Positions 57,140 through 64,000 of a DNA stretch of 64,000 nucleotides are shown here, in pieces (positions within the stretch are counted from its first letter, which is position 1; each line of letters opens with the position of its first letter). The notes beneath the pieces were generated by a model. That model made no database searches, was not told the DNA's origin, and saw only the letters and a list, made by a program, of their open reading frames with translations. The DNA comes from Patescibacteria group bacterium (GTDB taxonomy: Bacteria > Patescibacteriota > WWE3 > UBA101185 > UBA10185): contig JAHJEV010000003.1 in assembly GCA_018825365.1 (NCBI GenBank), positions 387,669 through 451,668 on the forward strand, read 5' to 3'. The position numbers and the translations under genes were made by a program.

Positions 57140-58680
57140 CTTACTTTGGTCGTATGATACAGTCTCTTAAATTTTTTACCTAACAGCATCATTGTTTGCG
57201 CTTGTAACCACGGCAAAAAAGAAAAGGTTAACAGATTAAGCATTATAAGAGGGCTTTCCAAGTATGTGGCCATTCTTCTAAACAGGGACCATTCCTTCGG
57301 AGGAGGACTTGAAAACTTTTTCTTGAAAAAAGTACCGGGAATCATAAACACAAGGGTCAAAGTTAGAATTGTACTCATTATCTTCGGAAGACTGTATGCA
57401 AAACTTGATTGCTTAACCAAGGGGTTTACAAGTGTAACAATTCCAAAACCGAAGGTTATTAAAAAAACCGAGTTCACAAGAAAAACCCTTTCTTTCAAGT
57501 GTCTAATCATCCAGCTAAGTTTTTTAGACGATTTTATTTCTCTGTGCTTCAGAAATCCCTTAACGGAAAGTGGGAAATCCACAACTCCCCAACCCCATCT
57601 TAAAAGCTGTTTATACAAACTCCTATATGAATCTGAGTAGGACTTTCCTTCGACTGCATCGGCTGAGTATGGGATGTAATAAGGGACACCGTCAAATTCT
57701 CCTTTTCTTACAAAAAACGCTCTCCAGAAAAAAATCGTGTCGTCCGCTCCCAGAGCAACATCAAAATAATCGGCGTCGATCAAAGTTTTAAGGGAAACTG
57801 AAAAAGCGGAGAATGTTTTCCTGACGCTACCTTTTGAAACGGCCCAATCAGAAATAACTCCAACAGTTGTGGAGTTGGCCTCAATTCTCATCATGAAAGG
57901 AACTCTCCATAAGTTGTTATCAAAAAGAGGAACCGCAGAGGAATAGAAATGATTATCCCTTCTATCTGTAGTCAAATAAAGGTGGGTGAATCGTGCGATA
58001 TACTGCTTGTCCAAAACGTGGTCTGAATCGAAGTTACTGAAAGTATAGTTTCTGATATTTTCTCCGAGTTTGTTTAGTTCTTCAACAGCATGTGAACATC
58101 CCCAGTGTCTATTTGCCCCACCATCCCCTATCGCCTCGCCTGGAATTCCTACCGGATGAATAAAAAACATTAACTTACAAAGTTGCTTTTCCCTCTCACC
58201 AATTATTTTTCTTATCCTATCTATAGTATCTACAGCCCACTTTTCTTCGGCCGTAAAAACCAAAATAATTTGAGAAGTTGGGAATGTTTGGTCGAAAATA
58301 CTATCAATACAATCAGTTAAAACGGGGTCGGGTTCATTCACAACCGGAATAACAATTAAATGTCTAACCTCATTTAATGATGGGGGAAGGGTTTCTTTGT
58401 CTGGAAGTTCCTCAAAGTTAAGTTTCTGACACTGAAGATACCAGTTAGTCGCCATCTCTTCCTTGTACCTGCTATACCCAACAAAAAGACCAATGGAATG
58501 TCTAAATGCAAGATAAGACCAATAAACAGTAAGAAATGTTAAAAGATAAACCATTGCCTGAGGATAAAAAATGCCAAGCCACACCGGGGATGTTAGAAAT
58601 GCCCAAGTCGTGATACCCAGCAGTATCTCCAAAAATCTGTGCACAAACCGATCGTTTTTTTCGATAAATGATTTCATCAT
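57136..58680 (-). CDS. Membrane-embedded GT2 glycosyltransferase (processive synthase-like)
   Basis: N-terminal TMs, GT-A core (VIPVVNEPD...FDSDHV), C-terminal TMs. Confidence 0.6.
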   Translation of the reverse strand: MMKSFIEKNDRFVHRFLEILLGITTWAFLTSPVWLGIFYPQAMVYLLTFLTVYWSYLAFRHSIGLFVGYSRYKEEMATNWYLQCQKLNFEELPDKETLPPSLNEVRHLIVIPVVNEPDPVLTDCIDSIFDQTFPTSQIILVFTAEEKWAVDTIDRIRKIIGEREKQLCKLMFFIHPVGIPGEAIGDGGANRHWGCSHAVEELNKLGENIRNYTFSNFDSDHVLDKQYIARFTHLYLTTDRRDNHFYSSAVPLFDNNLWRVPFMMRIEANSTTVGVISDWAVSKGSVRKTFSAFSVSLKTLIDADYFDVALGADDTIFFWRAFFVRKGEFDGVPYYIPYSADAVEGKSYSDSYRSLYKQLLRWGWGVVDFPLSVKGFLKHREIKSSKKLSWMIRHLKERVFLVNSVFLITFGFGIVTLVNPLVKQSSFAYSLPKIMSTILTLTLVFMIPGTFFKKKFSSPPPKEWSLFRRMATYLESPLIMLNLLTFSFLPWLQAQTMMLLGKKFKRLYHTTKVR

Positions 58681-59453
58681 ATTTTAAAAAGTTTGCAGGT
58701 GTTCTGATATGAACATTCGCTTACCTCGTCTAAAGTTTTTTGCTTTACCTGTGCGACTTTTTCAGCCACAATTTTAACATATTTTGGGTAATTTATCTCA
58801 CCTCGAAGGCTTTGTGGAGGTAAATACGGAGCGTCTGTTTCTAAAAGAAACTTATCCATTGGAATATTTTTTACTACTTCTAAAAGCTGTTCCTTTTTCG
58901 GATATGTAATTATGTTTGTGAAAGAAATACAAAAACCAAGATCCAAAATCATTTGAGCGTAGTCCCAATCAGATGTGAAACAGTGCATCACTCCACTAAG
59001 CCCCTTTTCTGAATACTTTTTAAGAAGTGCATATACCTCCTCGTTCCCATTTCTGTTATGAATAATCACGGGAAGTTTATTTTCTAATGCAAGATTAAGA
59101 TGCATTTCGAGAAGTTCAACTTGTTTATCAAGCGTTCTCCCGTTTTCCCATAACGGCATCTCGATCCCAGTTTCACCAATAGCAACTACCCTTTTTGAAC
59201 TTTTAAGATTTTCTTCAAGGGATTTTTTAAGATCTGAAAGGGAAATTTCTATATTTTCGTGGGGGTAAATACCAACAGAACAAAATATCTTTTCTGATTT
59301 TCCAGAAGCTTCAATGGCTTTTTTATTTTCTTCTATTGAAGTTCCTACGATAATAAACTTCTCAACTCCGAATTTTTTTGCATCTTTAATAATTTCTTCG
59401 ATACTTTCCTTATATTTTTCGTGAACAAGATGACAATGGGAATCTATAAGCAT
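58677..59453 (-). CDS. tatD: TatD-family metal-dependent DNase/hydrolase
   Basis: MLIDSHCHL...and TIM-barrel His/Asp/Glu pattern (ETDAPYL). Confidence 0.85.
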   Translation of the reverse strand: MLIDSHCHLVHEKYKESIEEIIKDAKKFGVEKFIIVGTSIEENKKAIEASGKSEKIFCSVGIYPHENIEISLSDLKKSLEENLKSSKRVVAIGETGIEMPLWENGRTLDKQVELLEMHLNLALENKLPVIIHNRNGNEEVYALLKKYSEKGLSGVMHCFTSDWDYAQMILDLGFCISFTNIITYPKKEQLLEVVKNIPMDKFLLETDAPYLPPQSLRGEINYPKYVKIVAEKVAQVKQKTLDEVSECSYQNTCKLFKI

Positions 59454-59516
59454 GGTAACTTAAATGATATCACGCAAGGAATTAGTACTAAAAAAGGGCA
59501 CTCCCAACAGTGTGTG

Positions 59517-59560
59517 GTGTAAAAAATAAAAAGCCAGGCTCTTTGCGAAAGTCTGGCTTT
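59517..59560 (-). terminator. Rho-independent terminator for gene 59589..59993
   Basis: Minus strand: AAAGCCAG-loop-CTGGCTTT followed by TTTTATTTTTT. Confidence 0.5.
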
Positions 59561-59588
59561 CTTCTTCTTACGAAGGTTTCTCATTAAG

Positions 59589-59993
59589 TTAACTGCTGTA
59601 TTTTTTGACCAACTCGGCAGCAGCTTTTTCTAGCTCAGGCGTTACCGGTGTGCCAAGTGCGGATTGATGCCACGTTTTGCTACGGTGGTACTCACACATT
59701 TCCTCATGTTTTTGCATTCTTTCGCGAACAACCTCTGGAAGATCATTCGAACTGGGACCGGCTATTACCAGCAACGAGTACTCTTCGCAACTTACCCCAA
59801 TGTCAATTTGTAGTTTGGGTAGATGTTGCAGGTCGCGGTTTCGAAGAGCAGTGGCTAATTTGAACTCGTCGCTAGATCGAAACGCCACTTGCTCATCTAG
59901 GGTCAAGTCTCGCATCATTTCCTCGTGCGTTTGACCACGTTCCTCGGGCGTGTGATCGCAAGACCACCTTCCACATACAGGACATAAAGACAT
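59589..59993 (-). CDS. GC-rich hypothetical protein with N-terminal zinc-ribbon-like CPVCGRWSCDH
   Basis: Start set at ATG after AAGGAGGTAGTG. ~50% GC against an AT-rich background. Own terminator. Confidence 0.45.
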   Translation of the reverse strand: MSLCPVCGRWSCDHTPEERGQTHEEMMRDLTLDEQVAFRSSDEFKLATALRNRDLQHLPKLQIDIGVSCEEYSLLVIAGPSSNDLPEVVRERMQKHEEMCEYHRSKTWHQSALGTPVTPELEKAAAELVKKYSS

Positions 59994-60070
59994 CACTACC
60001 TCCTTTTCTGGTTTGATGGGTTGATTGTACAACAAGATTTGCGAGGGTGCAAACACTACAGGTTTATAAG

Positions 60071-61960
60071 TTATTTTATCAGATCTTTAAACTCATCCCC
60101 ATCAATTGTCTCTTTTTCAAGTAATTTCTCAGAAATCTTATCCAAAGCGGCTCTTTTTTCATTTAAAATCCTCTTTGCTTCGGCAAAGCAACCACTCATT
60201 ATTTTTTCTATCTGAGCATCAATTTTTGCGGACATATCATCGCTTAGTTGCGCACTTGCTCCAAACTCTTTGGCAAGCCAAGAAAACTCACTCTTTGATT
60301 CGTAATAAATAGGGCCAAGTGAGCTCATTCCATATTCTGCAACCATTTTTCTGGCAAGCTCTGTCGCTCTTCTGATGTCATCTGCTGCTCCGATAGTCAT
60401 TTCGTTAAAAACAATTTCTTCAGCAGCCCTTCCCCCAAGCATTGTAGTTATAAACGAAATTATTCTTGTCTTAGTCTCCTGATATCTATCCCTCTCCGGA
60501 GGAAGATCGGTGTGGCCTAAAGTCTGACCTCTGGCCACAATGGAAACTCTTTGAACGGCATCCATATCTTTAACATTTGCGGCAACCAAAGCATGCCCAG
60601 CTTCGTGGTACGCGGTCATTCTTTTTTCCTCTTCAGATTGAAGTGTTTTTCTTTCCGAACCTATGGTGACTTTAAGTGCGGCCTCTTCGAGATCAGCCTC
60701 GGTCAAGCTGTCTCTGCCTTCCCTTGCCGTAAGAATCGCTGCTTCATTCAGCATGTTTTCTATATCAGCGCCGCTAAACCCAACAGTTTTTCTGGCAATC
60801 TTTTCAACTGAAACGTCCTTATCAATTGGTTTACCTTTCATATGTATCTTTACAATTTCCTCCCGGTCTTTGAGATCCGGAAGGGGAATACTAATTCTTC
60901 TATCAAACCTTCCCGGTCTTATCAAAGCTGAATCCAACATATCGGGTCTGTTGGTTGCAGCAAGAACAATAACGTTGGTTCTGATATCAAACCCGTCCAT
61001 TTCAATAAGTATCTGATTTAAGGTTTGCTCTCTTTCATCATGCCCGCCGCCAATTCCCATTCCTCTTTCTCTTCCAATTGCGTCAATCTCATCGATAAAA
61101 ATTATGCTTGGCTGGTGTTCTCTTGCCATATTAAACAAATCTCTTGCTCTTGAGGATCCAACCCCAACAAGCATTTCCATAAATTCACTTCCCGCAACAC
61201 TGAAAAACGGGACTCCTGCCTCACCGGCTATTGCTCTTGCTAGCAAGGTCTTTCCCACACCAGAAGGTCCAACTAACAAAACGCCTTTAGGAATTCTTGC
61301 CCCAAGCTTTCGATATTTATCAGGAAACTTCAAGAAATCCACAACTTCCATCATTTCTCTTTTTGCCTCTACACATCCGGCAACATCGTTGAAAGTTACT
61401 TTCTGCTGACCTTTCATAAAAACCTTAGCACGCGATTTTCCAAAAGACATTATTTCCCCACCTTGGCCTCTCATTTGTTTGACCAGGAAAAACAATATTA
61501 ATAGTGGAAACCCAAACATAAGTATAGGTGAAAGAACATCCATGAAAGCAACTTTGTGAACTATCTCAAGTTTCCCAGCAATCTTGCTTCTGTCCACGCT
61601 ATTGTTGCTTAATATTTGATCAAAGCTGATGTCACTCTCTTTTTTGGCAAAGACTTTGGTTCCGTCCCTCATTAAAATGTCGATCCTGTCTCCGTTGACA
61701 GTGACATCCTGAACCTTACTCTCATTTATAAGGGTTACGAATTTGTTAATTGGAATTTCCTCACTGGTTAAATTTACATTTCCAAAAGAACTGGTAAGAA
61801 AATACATTGCTACTGCCAAAAAGACATAAAAGAAAATATTATTTAAAAGATTGGGTTTTTTAACTTGGATAACTATCTTTTTGGGCATTTTAAATCCCAG
61901 TTTATTAGAATTTTTCTTGCCGTTTTTTGTATTTTCTTTTTTATTATTTTCCTGTGCCAT
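60071..61960 (-). CDS. ftsH: ATP-dependent zinc metalloprotease FtsH
   Basis: GPSGVGKTLLARAIAGEA Walker A, SRF motif, HEAGHAL zinc site. Confidence 0.9.
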   Translation of the reverse strand: MAQENNKKENTKNGKKNSNKLGFKMPKKIVIQVKKPNLLNNIFFYVFLAVAMYFLTSSFGNVNLTSEEIPINKFVTLINESKVQDVTVNGDRIDILMRDGTKVFAKKESDISFDQILSNNSVDRSKIAGKLEIVHKVAFMDVLSPILMFGFPLLILFFLVKQMRGQGGEIMSFGKSRAKVFMKGQQKVTFNDVAGCVEAKREMMEVVDFLKFPDKYRKLGARIPKGVLLVGPSGVGKTLLARAIAGEAGVPFFSVAGSEFMEMLVGVGSSRARDLFNMAREHQPSIIFIDEIDAIGRERGMGIGGGHDEREQTLNQILIEMDGFDIRTNVIVLAATNRPDMLDSALIRPGRFDRRISIPLPDLKDREEIVKIHMKGKPIDKDVSVEKIARKTVGFSGADIENMLNEAAILTAREGRDSLTEADLEEAALKVTIGSERKTLQSEEEKRMTAYHEAGHALVAANVKDMDAVQRVSIVARGQTLGHTDLPPERDRYQETKTRIISFITTMLGGRAAEEIVFNEMTIGAADDIRRATELARKMVAEYGMSSLGPIYYESKSEFSWLAKEFGASAQLSDDMSAKIDAQIEKIMSGCFAEAKRILNEKRAALDKISEKLLEKETIDGDEFKDLIK

Positions 61961-61998
61961 TAGTTTTATGAGTATACCCTAAAAAGGGGAAAACTTTC

Positions 61999-62073
61999 TG
62001 GTGCCAACGGGTGGAGTTGGACCACCGACCTAGCGCTTATGAAACGCCCGCTCTACCGCTGAGCTACGTTGGC
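61999..62073 (-). tRNA. tRNA-Met (CAU), elongator-type (or Ile2 if lysidinylated), with atypical T-loop TCCAACT
   Basis: Manually folded. G1-C72 acceptor GCCAACG/CGTTGGC, anticodon loop TTCATAA, no 3xGC anticodon stem. Encoded CCA. Confidence 0.65.
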
Positions 62074-62168
62074 ATACCAAACACAAACATTACTACAAGG
62101 GGATTATACAATATAGAAACATTTAGGAAACAGTTATAATAATTACGGCAATTACTTAAGATAAAATT

Positions 62169-63062
62169 ATGATTAACCCATCAGAAATACACACAGCACT
62201 GAACGAAAATATAGATAAGCTTAAAGATACAACAGAGGGTATTTTTATTTTAGGAGATGTGCAAACAAAAAGCTTAACACAGATCTTGAAAGAAAGCGTA
62301 GAGGATAAGCAGTTACACAGACGTGAAATCCTATCTTTTGGGCTAAGCCTTATATACAATGGATTACCAAACTCTACCAAGAAAATTTTGCAAGAACAGG
62401 CACTTGAGAAAACGCCGTTAGATATTCCAAAAATTAATGAATACCGAGTTATGGAAAGGTTGGGGTCCGGTGGAATGAATATAGTATATTTTTTCTCACC
62501 ACACGAAGGAAAATCATTTTCTGTAGGACTGAAAAGAAGAGGTTTTGATACCGAAAAAGAAGCGGGAAAATTTGCTAAAGCTCAAAAAACTGAATATGAA
62601 TATTTTAGAGACATGTACAAGGACGTCCCCAATCTGATACCAGAGGAAAACCAAGTCTTGTATAGAAATTACAAGAATGAAATATCTCTAATGTTTGTAA
62701 GAAAGTACGTTCCCGAACCGCTAAGGGATTTTTTTAAGATACCAAGAGAAGAACTTGAAAATATAATTATTAGCAATCGTGAGTTTAGAGACCAGCTACT
62801 AAAGTTTGCAACTATATCTCTGGAAAACAGTGACACTATTTTAAACGAGGAATTGGATATACTTGGGGATAAAAACCTAGCGGTAACGGGTGAGAAAGGT
62901 AAAGAAAAACTTATTCTGCTTGACCCGCATACTATACTTGCTAAGAAACCGGAAATTAGATCAAGAATAGAAAATAGGCTTAATCAATTAAAAGAAATGT
63001 TGATTGAAAGTAGCTTAAACATAACCGTACCAATCAGACTGGATCAACTAGAGAGAGTTTAG
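62169..63062 (+). CDS. Hypothetical protein with protein-kinase-like glycine loop (RLGSGGMNIVY...SVGLKRR)
   Basis: GxGxxG-V motif followed ~14 aa later by a Lys in a VAxK-like context. No clear HRD/DFG motif. Confidence 0.4.
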   Translation: MINPSEIHTALNENIDKLKDTTEGIFILGDVQTKSLTQILKESVEDKQLHRREILSFGLSLIYNGLPNSTKKILQEQALEKTPLDIPKINEYRVMERLGSGGMNIVYFFSPHEGKSFSVGLKRRGFDTEKEAGKFAKAQKTEYEYFRDMYKDVPNLIPEENQVLYRNYKNEISLMFVRKYVPEPLRDFFKIPREELENIIISNREFRDQLLKFATISLENSDTILNEELDILGDKNLAVTGEKGKEKLILLDPHTILAKKPEIRSRIENRLNQLKEMLIESSLNITVPIRLDQLERV

Positions 63063-63075
63063 ATTAAATAATTTT

Positions 63076-63149
63076 TGGTTGCGGGACCTGGACTCGAACC
63101 AGGACCCCCGGATTATGAGCCCGGTGAGGTGCCATTCCTCCATCCCGCG
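63076..63149 (-). tRNA. Initiator tRNA-fMet (CAU)
   Basis: C1xA72 acceptor mismatch (CGCGGGA / TCCCGCA) and an anticodon stem with G29-C41, G30-C40, G31-U39. Loop CTCATAA, T-loop TTCGAGT, encoded CCA. Confidence 0.7.
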
Positions 63150-63210
63150 TTATTGCCTTCATATTCTACCAAATTAAGGGAATATTTCAAAATAGCCTAT
63201 TAAACAAGGG

Positions 63211-63591
63211 TTAGAAAAAAAGCTTGTACCAAGCGTACCAGTTAGCATCTTTTAAACTGTTTTCTTTCTTCTCACTCCTATCCTGCGTACCCAAAACTCC
63301 GCTTGAAAATACATTTTTTCCACTATCTACAACAACATACACCTGCTCTCCCGGTTTTATCATATTCAGGTCGTTCCTGGCTTTTTCCTCAATATAAGCA
63401 TCAGTTTTTTTGTACTCTATATCGGAATTTAAATCCTCAACCTGCTTTATCATCCCTGCCACCTCTTTTTGGACGTCATCAAGCCTCTCTTTGCTCTTCA
63501 GAATATTAAAGGTAGACCTGATAAATCCCACAGATAAAGCAAAAAATAAGGCTGTTAAGAGGATGTATTTAAACTGCTTCAGTTTGGACAT
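63211..63591 (-). CDS. FtsB/DivIC-like septum formation initiator (TM + coiled coil)
   Basis: Start placed at MSKLKQFKYILLTALFFAL. Single TM followed by a leucine-zipper-like coiled coil. Confidence 0.45.
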   Translation of the reverse strand: MSKLKQFKYILLTALFFALSVGFIRSTFNILKSKERLDDVQKEVAGMIKQVEDLNSDIEYKKTDAYIEEKARNDLNMIKPGEQVYVVVDSGKNVFSSGVLGTQDRSEKKENSLKDANWYAWYKLFF

Positions 63592-63725
63592 TACCTTGAT
63601 AATAGGCAATATATTGACACATTTCAACCTGTTTGATACTCTACCCCATAGAAATTTGCGTTTAACCTTATTTTTGGTATAATGGCGCATGAGCAGGGGT
63701 TCTCCCCACAAGGGAAAATACTATT

Positions 63726-64000
63726 ATGAAACTAGAAATAACTCATAAAAAATTCGTAGATCAGCTTAAATCCGAAGGAAAATCGGAGGCAACTGTTGTT
63801 GCATACAACAAGGATATTGAACAAATTGTCACGTTTGTTGCAAAAGATGGTGTTTTAGATGTTGAAGATTTAAAAATCGAAAATCTTCAAGCATTCATGA
63901 ACAGCCTTGTTGAGCAAAACTACACACCAAAATCAATTTCTAGAAAAACAAATGCTGCAAGAACTTTTATTAAATACCTAACAAAAGAAGGTTACATAAA
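63726..64000 (+). CDS. Tyrosine recombinase XerC/XerD-like, N-terminal core-binding domain (3' partial at window end)
   Basis: SEATVVAYNKDIEQ...PKSISRKTNAARTFIKYL resembles the phage-integrase SAM-like N-domain. Confidence 0.55.
   Translation, partial: MKLEITHKKFVDQLKSEGKSEATVVAYNKDIEQIVTFVAKDGVLDVEDLKIENLQAFMNSLVEQNYTPKSISRKTNAARTFIKYLTKEGYI

Overview
This low-GC (~36%) window shows candidate-phyla-radiation/Patescibacteria-like traits: a short 607-aa AlaRS, a DPPR-synthase-like UbiA protein, a truncated TsaB, and many small membrane proteins.

Conserved core genes are well supported: purA, dus, uppS, tsaE-tsaB, ftsE-ftsX with an M23/EnvC-like peptidase, mltG, miaA-miaB, rpmH-rnpA-yidD-yidC-jag-dnaN, groES-groEL, alaS, ftsH, rnhA and tatD. 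There is an RNase P RNA and five tRNAs (Gln, Pro, Cys, elongator Met, initiator fMet). A cell-envelope glycan block (GT2, GT4/WecA-like, O-antigen-ligase-like, Wzz-like, SDR) and a VirB4-like ATPase cluster are also present.

The most unusual part is an accessory island right after tRNA-Gln (about 1.2-10.2 kb). It contains a GC-rich radical-SAM/SPASM enzyme with a C-terminal PqqD-like recognition domain, followed 25 nt later by a strongly Shine-Dalgarno-preceded 43-aa Cys/Asp-rich peptide (a candidate RiPP precursor absent from the ORF track) and two HExxH/EGxxY zincin-like peptidase genes. The island also carries a cassette-like array of same-strand hypothetical ORFs, each followed by a conserved ~26-bp repeat (GTTCTAGACC-N7-CTCAGCCA; seven copies). 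Two further ~158-bp copies of a longer repeat carry a promoter-like element and a hairpin.

Other notable calls are a cupin-type phosphoglucose isomerase matching both signature motifs, a KamB/NpmA-like 16S rRNA m1A1408 methyltransferase homolog, two GC-rich singleton genes with their own terminators, and an SDR-domain fusion to a ~600-aa extracytoplasmic domain.
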